Positions 12,033 to 24,370 of a DNA stretch of 64,000 nucleotides are shown piece after piece; positions within the stretch are counted from its first letter, which is position 1, and each line of letters begins with the position of its first letter. The DNA comes from Lama guanicoe. Taxonomy: Eukaryota. The position numbers were made by a program, and so were the translations under genes. The notes beneath the pieces were generated by a model, which saw only the letters and a list, made by a program, of their open reading frames with translations, did no database searches and was not told the DNA's origin. The DNA is taken from assembly GCA_013239625.1 (NCBI GenBank), contig MU054220.1, positions 5,750,626-5,814,625 on the forward strand, read 5' to 3'.

Positions 12033-12500
12033 TGGCAGCAGACAGATGCCTCCAAGGAGATCAAGTCCTAACTGCTGGAACCTGTAAATGCTACTTAATA
12101 TAGAAAGCGTGTCTTGGCAGCTGTGATTAAATTAAGGATTTTGAGATGGAGATACTATCCTGGACTATCTGAGTGACCCTGAAAGGAGTCACCATGTATT
12201 AATAAGTGAGAGGCAGGGGGAGATTTGAACGGAAGAGGAGAAGGCAGTGTGACCTCTGAGGCAGAGACCACAGTGATGCAGCCACAGTCTGGGGATGACA
12301 GCAGCCACTAGAAGCCACACGAGGCAAAGAACCAGCTCTGCCCTGAAGACTGAGGGTTCACGGCCTTGCCAACACCTTGATTTGTCCCCGTGAAACTGAT
12401 TTTGGTTTCTGGCCTCCAGGACTGCGAGAGAATAAATTTCTGTTGTTTTTAGGCCCCCATATGTGTGGTAATTGGTACAGCAGTCCTAGGAAGCTAAAAC
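12033..12500 (+). mobile_element. MLT1C/D (MaLR) solo LTR
   Basis: ggaacctgtaaatg...taaggattttgagatgg...tggcctccaggactgcgagagaataaatttctgttgtttt. Confidence 0.9.
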
Positions 12501-12989
12501 GGGGGAGCCGCCAGAAAGACGGATGGAACACGTCATGGACACTGAGGCAGATGGATGGCGTCTGGTGCCCACCCCGGGCCCTCTGCACCTCCGATGGACA
12601 GACTGGTTGACACCTCCTAATTCTTAGGAGTATAAGGGCTAGAAAGCTTTGTTAGTCAAGCAAATACAGCTTTGAGTATCAGTATTTGGGGAATTTGTGT
12701 ATGAGGATGAAGCGTTGTGAGCAATAGTGGAACACGGGGATGTTACTATTATGCTCCTTTATAGATGCTGTGGAAGCCATTTGTATTTTGTTTGTCTTTT
12801 AATAATGAGTTCGTGAATCCACAAAAGCTTTACATGAGGAAGTAGCTGGAAAAAAAAAATAACTTCATTAAGACTTCCTTAGTGGCACCTGGCATTTCTC
12901 AAGTCAGGTAAATGAGGTTCTGAGGATGGAGCCGCCTCAGATGTGCCAAGTCCTTGCATGCCCTGGCTTCTTCCACACATGTTACTCTT

Positions 12990-13164
12990 TTTTTTAAATA
13001 TTTTTTGTTGTTGTTGCTGTTTATTATTTGTTTGTCTCTTTGTGAGGGGAAGTAATTAGATTTCTTTCTTTCTTTCTGTTTTTTTTAGAGAAGGTACTGG
13101 GGATTGAATCCAGGACCTCATGCATGCTAAGCATATGCTGTACCACTTGAGCTATACCCTCCCC
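12990..13164 (-). mobile_element. tRNA-derived SINE (camelid Vic-1-like)
   Basis: Minus strand GGGGAGGGTATAGCTCAAGTGG (A box)...GGATTCAATCCCCAGTACC (B box), A-rich tail, 17-bp TSD ccac(a/c)catgttactctt at 12973-12989 / 13169-13185. Confidence 0.9.
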
Positions 13165-14147
13165 TCTCCCACCCATGTTACTCTTCAGGGCCATTAGTCT
13201 CGTCTCCCTAACTTGAGGCTGAATCTTCACGGTTCCTGGCCCACCTTAAAATTTGCTTTTTCAGATCAGCCGGTTTAAATTGTCTTCTTTATTCATCTCT
13301 CTCTTGGCACCATGTTCTATTCCTTCAAAACATGTAGCTTGGCCGGGCCTTATGCGTTTGTAGGTGGGGTCTTTGCTTGCTACTGACCCTCCCTCTGCTC
13401 TGTATGTTTGATGACACGTTGGTGATGGGAACTCTCTGGTGCTTTGAAACGTGTAAAGGAGGACGAAGCTTTTCTCACATTCAGAAGTAAGCCTTCACAT
13501 TTTTACTTATTAGATTTCCAAATAACTCATTAATAATTTGGCTTATTGTGAAAGTAGAATAGGATATTTCGGAAGGCAGGGACTATAATTTTGCTCACCG
13601 TCTAGGACCTTTTAGGACCCCAGTCCTCCTCCAGCCTGCTGTGGGTTATAGGAGCCAGCTCATGATCCCCAAGACAGGAGCCCCCTACAGCTTGTCCTTT
13701 CAACCCTCACCCCAGGTTAAAACATCCAAAAATCTTTGCTTTGGCCCCAACATGTAGTGGGGAAAACCTCTGTTCAATCATATTATCCACAGAAATATTT
13801 CCTGTCCACGATAAAGACTGCCGTCTATATTGTTGATAAGCAAAGCACTTTGGCATTCTTGGTGCCTAAAATAGTGACTGGAGCCAGCCAGGGGATCTGT
13901 AAATGTCTGTTAAAAAAAAATCAGAGCTCACATCTGTATAGAACTTCCCAGTTTGCAAAGATGTTCTGAAACTCTTCTCACTGAAACCTTGGAAGAGGCA
14001 GCACACGAGCTTTATTCCTTCAATTGGTCTGTGGACACTCGTTCCCTGCGTTGCTCTCTCCTGACACTCACGTGGGCTGTCTGGTTGCCCTGCTTCTCTT
14101 CCTGGGTATAACCTGATACTCTAGCTTGTGGACTATGTGTCTTAGAC

Positions 14148-14285
14148 TCATAGTCTCTTAGAGTTGGAAGGAGCCTTGGAAATTAGTGCAGCTGCCTCTT
14201 TAGACACAAAAGAGGGTAAGTGGCTTGACGAACAAGGAGTTAACAGTAGAAACAAAACTGGGGCCTCATTCCTTCATCTACTGCT
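14148..14285 (-). mobile_element. MIR3/MIRc fragment
   Basis: ttagagttggaaggagccttgga...agagggtaagtggcttg. Confidence 0.6.
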
Positions 14286-15034
14286 GCCTCTCTAAGGTCT
14301 TCCTTTTATCCCCATAATACTATCCTATGCGTGTTTATCAGTAACTGCTGGTGAAGACAGTGATGCCTTTTATCCGCCTGAGTCCCGTACCTGTCAAGTA
14401 ATTCTAGCATTAAAAACCTTCCTACCTGAACCATTCCATCTCCCCAGTCTATTATTTTAGATGTATATATTTGCCTTCTTATATACTCCTCTCCTCTCCT
14501 CAGTAACTTTTGAAATCTTTGAAGTTGAACTCTTAATTAAAGAATGGTTTTCCCCATTGTGTCCAGAGAATGAATCCATAGGGACACAGAAGGGCTGCTG
14601 GGGGAGGAAAAGGACACAACCTAGCCAATATGACCAGGAAAATAAATTGTGGTAGTCACTGACATGACCAGTGTCACCATCATATCACTTACATTCTGCT
14701 CCTGGTGAAAAGACTTAATTAAAATATATTGGTCTATGTTGAGAAATACCTTTCAATTTACAAAATAGATGGCTATCCCTTGTCCTTTTAAAAGCATGAC
14801 CTATTATGATATATCTGCCTGCACCACAGTGTTCAGAGCTGGAAACCCTTGAGAAAATTTAGCAGAGGTTGCATAAGCCTAGAGAGGAATAAATGGGATG
14901 GTTATTAGGTATCGGGGAGTCACCCTGAGCATAGCTGAGGTAAACCATATTACTGCTTCTTGAGGCAAAAGACAGGGCTCAAAATAAAAAGCAAAATAAA
15001 ATGCTACCTTTTGATTGCCCTTTGAATTTATCAA

Positions 15035-15180
15035 TTTATTTGACCTATATGTATTATTTTCTTTATCTGCAAAATGGACTTTATCAATTATCTTGGAAAG
15101 CTGCTGTGAGGATTAAATAGATGAATAAAAAGATTGTAGCATGAAGTATGGAATATGGGGAATGGTTAAGAAAAGTAACT
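15035..15180 (+). mobile_element. MIR fragment
   Basis: ctttatctgcaaaatgg...gctgctgtgaggattaaatagatg. Confidence 0.65.
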
Positions 15181-15809
15181 CGCCTCCCTTCCCCTGGTAT
15201 ATTTCCTTTGCTTCTCCTCTCTCCCTTCTGTGAGTTTATTCAAATGGTCTGGAAAACAGTAATAATGCATAATATTGCACCTGCCTGGGGAGGACTCCCA
15301 GCATTACTGCTGGGATGCAGAAAGAATCGGAATCATCAAACCACCACATACACAGCAGAGGGAGGAAAAGAACGGGGGGAAGCTGACTGCAGGCTTTTGG
15401 CTTCTGGTAAAGGTTGCAAAGACACCTATTCCCCAGGACCCTTGAGGCCAGGAAATAAGGGAGTCTTCCAGGAAGTGTTTCTTCCTGTGCCCACCCCAAT
15501 TTACTGATAGCTTCTTAAAACATAGATTATATATTTCTAGCAGGTAAACAAAGATTTTCCTTTATTTCAATAACAGAAATAAATGGATATCCAAAACTCA
15601 CTTAAGGATGAGAAAGACCATCAAAGAAGAAAAGAAATACAACAACCATAAAAAGTAATGTCCATTGAAACAGTTAATAGAGTAAACAATGAAAATCTTT
15701 ACGTTTAAATAAACTATTTACCCTTGGAGAGATTCAAGGGCACATAAAACAAGAGCAGGCTTCTATTAATAAGAAATAGTGGGAATAGTGTAAATTAAGA
15801 ATAAGATTG

Positions 15810-16366
15810 TCATATCTAATTAAGTACTGTTATACAAAATGTACAAATAAATCTTAAAACTCAATGATATGAACACAAGCAACCCAATTCAAAAATGGGT
15901 CAAAGTCCTTAACAGACACCTCACCAAAAAGATATACAAATGAAAAATAAGCATATGAAAAAATGCTCTAAATCATATGTCATCAGGAAAATGCAAATTA
16001 AAACAACAGTGAGGTATAACTATACATGTATTAAAATGGCCAAAATCTGGCCACAGCACTCCTTGGTATTTACCCAAATCAGCTGAAAACCTATGTCCAC
16101 ACAAAAACATGCACATAAATGTTTATGGCAGCTTTATTTACAAGTGCCAAAACTTGGAAGCAACCAAGATATCCTTTGGAGGTGAGAGGAAAAACTATGG
16201 TACTTCCAGACAATGGAATATTATTCAGTACTAAAAGGTAACAAGCTACCAAGTAGAGGAAACTTACATGCATATTACCAAGTGAAAACGCCAGTGTGGA
16301 AAGGCTACATTACTGCATGATCCCAACTACATGACATTCTGGAAATGGCAAGACTATGGTGACAGA
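15810..16366 (+). mobile_element. L1MC-like ORF2 end/3'UTR
   Basis: aaaaatgggtcaaagtccttaacagacacctcacc...tatgtccacacaaaaac...gacattctggaaatggcaagactatgg. Confidence 0.9.
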
Positions 16367-16433
16367 CGATAATTTAGAGTCCATTATAGTTTGTTTTTAT
16401 TACCCATGAGGCCATTTCTTGTATCACTAGATC

Positions 16434-16655
16434 AATGGTTCTCAACTGAGTGAGTTTGTGCCTCCAAGGTGACATTTGTCAATATCTGGAGACATTTTTG
16501 TTCTCATAACTGAGGGAAATGTGCTACTGGAATCTGGTGGATAGAAACCAGAGATGCTATTAAATATCTCACAATGCACAGGACAAATCCCTAAAACAAA
16601 AGAATTATCTGGCCCCAAGTGTCAATAGTGCTACACAATAGTACTTCAGTCCTGC
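16434..16655. mobile_element. MER20 hAT-Charlie MITE
   Basis: caatggttctcaac...tctggagacattttt...aaagaattatctggccccaagtgtcaatagtgc. Confidence 0.9.
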
Positions 16656-17099
16656 TCTGGAGTTAATTACATCTACAACCTTTGTTCTTTAGGTCTGTGT
16701 GAGACATAATCACCTCTAGCCCTGGTGGACACCTTGACGTAACCCACAAAGAGGCTGCTTGTGTAATAGAGTTATTGACAGGAAATTTAATTGGGATGGA
16801 TAACTTTAATTGGGACAGACAAAATAAAGCTCATCAGGCAGTTTGAGAGTTTTTCAAATTAATGTGACTTCAAGGCTTCAGATCTGCATTTGGGCTGACT
16901 AAATGTCGTTTGTGTGTCCATATCCAGATTACATGCTTCTTTTTAGTACTTGGCATACTTATGGAAATATTGTAGAATTGACAGGACCGAAGGCTGTAGC
17001 CTCTGACTAGTTTCTCCACCTTTCTTCCCAACCAAGTCAATGCAGCACAGAAAATCCTAATACTATTCTAGGATGGTAGTTTCATTATGTTTGTTGTGG

Positions 17100-17315
17100 T
17101 TGATTATTTTATGACTAGGCTCTATTAAAAACTCTTTAAGAATATTAAGCTAATTAATTATTGCAAAATCCCTGTGAAGAGATACTACCATAATCTCCAC
17201 TTTAACTATGAAGAACCTGAGATTAAGAGAGGTTTGGTGACTTGCTTCAGATCATAAAGCTTGTAGACCCCCAAAACAGTCTGGTTCAAGAATTTGTACT
17301 TCTTACCACTCTGCT
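17100..17315 (-). mobile_element. MIR SINE
   Basis: atgaagaacctgagattaagagagg...tgacttgcttcagatca. Confidence 0.7.
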
Positions 17316-17336
17316 TTCTTGTTTTCTTTCTCTAGC

Positions 17337-17545
17337 AAAAGTAAGTAAATCAATAAAAGTAAATAAATAAATAAATACATAAATACATAAATAAATACAT
17401 AAATAAAAAAATAAAATGAAATAATAAAGTAAAATTAAATAAATAAAAATAAAATAAATAATAAAAATAAAATTAAATAAATAGATAAAAATACTAAAAC
17501 AAAATAAAATAAAAGTAATTAAAGCAATAAGATTAAAAATTAAAC
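17337..17545. repeat. A-rich (AAAT/AAAAT)n tract
   Basis: Directly visible. Confidence 0.9.
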
Positions 17546-17829
17546 TTATTAATGTGAATGTGTAGAGGAGAAATTGGGTTACAATTTCTTTGCCTTGTTC
17601 ATCTATGTATTTTGATCATAATTCTAACACTCACAGAAAAAGGTAGCAGGCACTTAGTGTTTCAGGAAAATAAATAAAATCTTCATGGATAAGAAGCTTA
17701 CAATTTAAAAAAAAAACCTATCCATTTATTTAATTTTTAATAAATCACAATACATATTGTCTTTTTCTTTTAGCCGCAAAACAGTTCTGTTGCAGAGCCA
17801 ACACTGTAAGTAATAATCGCGATAGATAC

Positions 17830-18060
17830 AATTTTACCATTTAAAAGACTTTTCAATATGTCAGCTGCCATGCCAGCCCCATTATATACAACCATTTAAA
17901 TCACACATTTAATCCTAATACATAAAATACAAACCATTATTTTCTCTATGTTAGAAATAAGAAATCTAAGGTTATAAGAGGTAAATTGACCTCTTACTGT
18001 CCAGTTTATAAGTAGTGAAACAGGATTTAACCTGGGTGGCCCCACTCCCACTCCAAAGCC
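17830..18060 (-). mobile_element. MIR SINE
   Basis: atttaatcctaata...aagaaatctaagg...caggatttaacctggg. Confidence 0.55.
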
Positions 18061-19779
18061 CCTCAGAAGAAATTTGTTTTTTATCTGTTTTTATATATAG
18101 TGGTTAACATTTGCTAATCTTGCAAATGAAAACAACAAAGTTGTTAAATATAGACAGGCTCTAAGATGCTTACAGCAATATTTACTCCCTTTATATACAT
18201 CTACTATAAGATGCTATTTTCTCATTGTTATGTACACCATGCTCTTCCAAGAAGCTTGGCTTTGTTTTTTGGGTTTTATTCACTCTGGTTCCTTAAATGT
18301 GGAAATGTAGCATTAAAGGAGGTTTTCATTTAACTAAAGAATGCCTTCTAGAGCTTGACTACTAATTAAATCCAACATTTGCTTAACATGGATGGGTTAA
18401 TAATTATAGGGAAATCTTACATATTTTTTGCACTTCATGATTTAGTTGCTGTTTAATTTTGTACTCCTAGTATTGTAATTAATACATGTTGCTGTATTTG
18501 ATTTTCTGTGTTAGTTTTGAAAGTAAGATGGTAAGATGTTCCACTGTTTATAAGGAAATTTACCTAGCATAACTCTGTTACTCTGACTGATCATTTAATG
18601 GCCACATCTGAGTTTTCTACCAAACTATGTTTGTACCTAAAATGTCATCTGCTCTTTTTCTAAGCTAACAGTCTCACATCACTGATATCAGTCAATGTTA
18701 AATTTATTTCATAGACCTAAATTTATCCTGCTTTTTTTTTGACCCTCGTGCTAAATCTTGCAGGTATAGAAATTTTAAAAAATACAAAATTATTGTCCTC
18801 AAGGAGCTCACTGCCTCCTTGGACAAATAAAGTAGGCCTCAGAAAACCACGTAATGTATTACAGTAAAAGCACAAGTTATATACCTGAGGGACAGAGGAG
18901 TGGTAGGTTTAGAATTTATCTGAAAAGTTCTATCCTATCCCCTCAGTTTTCATTTCATCCCTTCGTTTGACTTATTGGCCAATTGCTTTAGATTTATAAC
19001 ACGATCTTTGCTCCATTTCTTATAACTTTGCTTTCACAAACCATTCAATTGTATTATTCAAGTAAAATTGGTTAACAATTACATGTACTTGTAATTTAAT
19101 CTAATAACAGAAAGAAACACAGAGGCATGTGGCTTATAACAAGCATACTTAAACTCAGCTACTTTGTGCCTGTTTGGGGTTCAGAGTTGAATGAAGTTTA
19201 AATAGTCATGGCAGTGGATGCCGCTCAGGAATCCTCAGTGTGTCATGGTTAGTTCATAAAGTAAGGAGGTCTCTCTAGGATGACGAGTGGTCTATGGTAT
19301 AAGGCATAAAGACATAGGAATAAGTAAAAATAACTTTTTCAAACATTTGTTGGGAGGGTGAACATTTTGAAACATTAGTTGGAGGGGGCGGTGTCCAAAA
19401 TGTATTCCTTACTTGGCAAATAAGCGTACTGATGCACGTATGAAATATACTGACTGGGGTAATACCTGCCTTTCCCCTTGTCTCTCACCTGATCAGGTAA
19501 TTTTCTCTGTGGAAGTCAGTCAGGCCTATGGGAAAACTGTATAAATTTCAACCTTATAGCAGCGTCCAGCACATGTTAATGGCCTCTGAATGTTTTTATG
19601 CCATACAATGTGTAACATGTTAATAATGCAAAAACTGCTGAATATTTTCCTCTAAACACACACAGACGCAAAAAAACAAAAGAAACAAAATAGAATGCTC
19701 ACTGGGGCAAAAGCCAAAGTTTCATTCTTTTACCATCAAAAGAAAATTTAAAAAGATTTAGAAGAAGGTGTTAGTAGTT

Positions 19780-20170
19780 GGGGTGTGAAGAATGTGCTTC
19801 AGGGGAGAAATATGCTCACAATATTATTTTGTCACGTATTAACTATGATATTTGTGGTTATGAATAAAAATATTCTTGTAATGCTATTTATGATAGGAAA
19901 TAATGGAAAGCATCCTCAAGCCTAAATAGGGAATACTGGTGAGCTAACCAGTCACTCAATGGACAATTACATAGCTATTTAGAGTCGTATTTTGTAAGAC
20001 TATACAACCACAAATTAATTTTTTTCTCTTAAGGGTAAGTGGAAAAGAAATGAAGCAAAAGCATGTACATAGTATAATTGCAACTATGGAAAAAAGGAAA
20101 AAAGGAAAAACAATATTGTGCAGAAAATGTAGTGTGGAACAAAATGCACCAAAATATTAACTCGTGCATT
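19780..20170 (+). mobile_element. Old L1ME-like 3' fragment
   Basis: aataatggaaagcatcct...caatggacaattacatagctatt. Confidence 0.45.
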
Positions 20171-20756
20171 TATAATTCATTCATCATTTTATTCACTTGC
20201 TCACATGTGATAGTTATTAATGCTATGGCAAATACATATTGAGAATATAACAAAGGGAGTAAGACAGTCTTTGCAATTACGGAACATACTGTTAGCCAAT
20301 TCTGATTGTGGACTATGTGTAAGCTTTTAATACTCTTTCCTCTGAATCTGCTATCCTTTCTATAAAACATGCAGATTTATCTTATAATGGAAAATCACTA
20401 AGGCCAAAACAAAAGCCAGAATTATTAGCATAGTATGGTGGATCTTCCTAAACCTGGATTTTGAGCATGGCTAGATGACAGTCTGTAGATACAGCTGAGA
20501 TCCATTAGCATTTGAAGCGACAGTAAATTTTGTTGTCAGTTGAAATCCCAGAGGAAGCCCTGGCAGCTCTAAGGACCTAAACTGAAATGGATTCAAGGTG
20601 ATTGCAAATCTATAGCTCAGTTCTTATGGAAAACATACTAGAAACTTACAAACCTAAAGTGGTAGTGGTTATTTAGCCACACAGACCACACTGACCAACT
20701 GACATATATTTTGTCCGAATGATACCAAACCTAAAACAAAACAAAAAATCCTCAAC

Positions 20757-21401
20757 TGAGACAGGAAGGGGGCAGGGCACAGCCATTCAAGGAATGCTAC
20801 AGCAATTAACATCAAAATGGTGAAGATTCAACCCCCAGTAGGCCTTGAGGCTCAAGACAGTAGGAGATTTGACTTCTAGTAGACCTTGAGTTTCATTATA
20901 TGCCCATTGTAATACATTAGATGGTGAATAGCATGCCTACAGGTGCCATGGCAGTCCCAAGGCTAGCCACAAGAGGTCAAAGAATGGGAAATGGCTCACT
21001 TCCCTGGGAATCCCAGCCCCTTCCCCAGGCTAGTTAGACTGGTCTTTCCACTTATTAGCATATGAAGCCACTGAGCCCATAAAAACTGGCAACATGGTGC
21101 CTCGCGGCCACTGCCTTTTTCACTCCCTCCTCTTTGGAAACTGCCCACACTCTGTGGAGTGTGTACCTACTCTTACTTTAACCTGAGCACCCAATTCCCA
21201 CACCTCTTTCCCTGCCTTTCTCTTGCCTTACACTCTATGCAGTATGTATTTCTCTAAATAAATCTACCTTTACAGTGGCTCACTCTTAAATTCTTTCCTG
21301 CATGAAGCCAAGGACCCACACTTGGCGGGACACATCCCAGGGGCTCAACGAAGCCTAGGACACGGCCCTCCTCGTGCCCCACATCCGTTTTTCCTGCATC
21401 A
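20757..21401 (+). mobile_element. ERV1-class solo LTR
   Basis: TGAGACAGGAA...TTCCTGCATCA inverted termini, AATAAA at 21257-21262, 4-bp TSD caac/cagc. Confidence 0.88.
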
Positions 21402-22149
21402 CAGCCAGTCAACATCAAAAAACAGTTTCACCAATTTGTTCTACTGAACGTACATATTCTTCTATTTTGGTGAATAACATTCATCAGTTCTGTTATCATA
21501 TCATAATCTCTGTCTCAGTCCTGTTCTATTTCCATACTGGTCAATTATAAAGAATGCCCCGGCACCTGCTAACTACTTTTATTCCTTTCATCCACCTTAC
21601 TCATAAGTATCTCCAGTCTAAGAACACTCAATCCCCTCCTAGATAATATCTTTTGTCTTTACCCTATTTGCAATGAAGTTTTGACAGTTGTCTTTCTCCA
21701 CTTCCCAGGCCATAGTGATAAGTATTACAGAGCATCTGCAGGCTCCCTGAATATCTCCCTGCCATCTTCCTTTATGCCCAAGAATATGGCATTTCCTCTC
21801 TCATATCCTCGTGTTTCCTGAGGCTTCAACTCAGTTCTCTAGACACTGTTATTCTCAGGCTACAATCGTAAATCCCAAATCCTAACACCCACCTCAAAAA
21901 AATATGGGCCAGAGCTGTGTTCCTATCTCCTATTTACCTTCTCCTCCATGCACTGCTTCTTTCTTTTTCTGGAACCTCTCGCCTGCTTGAATTTCCATCT
22001 TGGCAAGCTCTTCTGAAGTTTACATCCCATGTGTTAAGCCAGCTGCTAACTGCCCAGCTCAAACCAAATAAATCAAAACAAAGCCATGGGTTTCTGTTCC
22101 TTCCCGCTAAGATTTGCTTTTTGCTCTACATTTTGCAGTATGACTAGAG

Positions 22150-22575
22150 GGTAGAATTTTTTCCCACTGAGTGAGCTTTGAGTCAGGTCAAATATGACAA
22201 TGCCCTGTGAATGGCGCTCTACTTGGAAGTGATCTGTATAAAATAGGAATGATGCTCTAGAGATGACACTTTTTATAGAGATCCAAACCCAGTCTTCCCC
22301 CTCCTGTGGTTGTAAGACTCCAGGTTTTCAAGACTACCATGGAGCTGCGGATAGAAGGATGAGATTAGGCCAAGTGAAATGACCCAAACTTCCCTGTTCT
22401 TAACTGAGGTTCAGCAGTTTTTCCTGGATAAATGCTTTTCAGATTGCTGCAATCCTTTTGTTCATGTCCACAGTTCTGAAAAAGGTGATTTGGACAATTT
22501 TGCCAGCATTTTTGTTGCTTCTGTGGGGAAACAGATTTACAGAGTTTCTTGCTCCACCATTCCCCAAATCCTTCC
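22150..22575 (-). mobile_element. Old L1M 5' region
   Basis: cagtttttcctggataaatgc...cagttctgaaaaaggtgatttggacaattttgccag resembles recalled L1M4/L1MC 5' ends. Confidence 0.65.
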
Positions 22576-23784
22576 CTCCAGTTACGAAAGCTTTCTGGTT
22601 TCTGAAAACAAACAAAAACTTGAACTGAGAATTTAAACCTGCTCTGGCACACTTACAAGTAACCAACCAGCTTTGGAGATTTTATAGTTTTATTTCTACT
22701 GAGTTGTTGGAAGGTCTCTCAAAGCCTTGTCTTTTATAGACATTTGATTCCAGATAACTACAGGTGAATAATTTAAAGGACTGTTTTGCTTGCAATGAAC
22801 TACTGACAGTCCATTTACTGCTAATACTATGTCATTAGTGTCTTTAAATCTAACCCATCAGAGGACCAATTAAGGATTCCCATCCTTAAGATTCTGTTCT
22901 TCTGACTCCACTTCTAGGATCAATATAAGTGTCTGTCAGAGACACAGAGGCACTGTAGGCGTTATGGGATAAAAGATTTTTAGAGGACTTAGCAGCATAA
23001 ATTTGAGGGTGGATTGAGGGTGGTCTGGAAATACTGGAAACAGTTCAAGCATCACCAGGGGAAGTGTGAGCCATGGCATTCTGGGAAGTGGAAGTGCTGT
23101 GAGCTACATCCGGAAGGGGGGTGACATGGGACAAAAATTCAGATATACCTCTCCCCTCCCACATTTACCAGATTTTACAGAATCTAGGTTTTGGAAGATA
23201 GATCCTGCTGTTACGTTTATAGAGCTATCAAGCCAGGAGACATTTGGCTTATATAGTTACTGAGTCCTTCACTTCCATTCAAATGTGATCTCCTGGAGGT
23301 TAGTTAGGGTTGCTGCTGTATTCAGTGTTGTTACCCGTATTTAACACACAAGGCCTTTTCACAGAACCTTGTGTTCTGGCTCTGTGTATCTGGAGACCTT
23401 CTCAGCCTCAGCCACACATTGCAAGGCTGGACGTGAAGGCTGTTTCCCTCTGGTGTCGTGTCAGTTCCACTTTATGCACCGCTCCAGAGCTAACCCATGC
23501 TGCTTGGACTTTAATTAAATAACCTTCAAGGATGAAGTACCACGGGGGGCAAGGTCGCAGGACTAGCTACAATTATTTCCTGCAGCTATTGATTTTACAC
23601 TAATGATCTTAAATGATGCATAGCTCTGGATCTAGCAGCCTCATTCAGAATGGCAGGTGGGGACTTACGTTGTGGTTCTCACAAGGGACCAGAGCAATTT
23701 GGACAGATTTAAACTTGTTGATGCTGTTTTGTAAGGGTGAAGGAGGATGAAAGTCTGAAATCTGGAGGTTATGTGGATGTAATG

Positions 23785-24005
23785 GAGGGTATAATATTAA
23801 GATGAGAGACTTAGGAGCCAGAAAGAACTGAATTTAAATTATAGTTTTCTGATAATTCCTTGTGGACCTTGAGCAAGTAGCTCGACCCCCCAGAGCTTTG
23901 TTTTCTCATCTGTAAAACAGGGCTAATGATGTGCATTTGAGGTTTTTTTAAAAGTATAGGAGATGGCAATTTTAAGTCGTTAAGCACTATACTGTAATAG
24001 TTGCT
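23785..24005 (+). mobile_element. MIR SINE
   Basis: gaccttgagcaagt...ttttctcatctgtaaaacagggctaatgat. Confidence 0.8.
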
Positions 24006-24131
24006 GCTGCTTTTCCACTTTTACTTAAGGTACCAGATACATATTTCCCTCTCACGGGTACTTACCTTTTAATTCTTGGTACCCCAAAAGCCTTTAAATA
24101 CCAAATAAATATATCTCTAATGATGGGATTA

Positions 24132-24370
24132 GAGGCAACATGTGAAGACTCTCATGTAGGAAGGACACTTTTAAGACTTCAAAGAACTGAATTTGGAACC
24201 TGGTTCTACCCTACTGCGTGAACTTCAGCAACTTTTTAGCCTCTCTGAGTCTCTTGTGCTTTCTGAAAATATGGGCACTGATAGATCCCACGCTGTGTTG
24301 TTTTAATGATAAAGGGAATGAAAAATGTGAAAGCATTTGACTGAAATATCAGTGCTGTACAATATTGTTA
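24132..24370 (+). mobile_element. MIR SINE
   Basis: gaatttggaacctggttctacc...cctctctgagtctc. Confidence 0.7.

Noticed and set aside
13090..13164. tRNA gene
   Set aside because: It is a SINE head with an A-rich tail, TSD and a mutated B box
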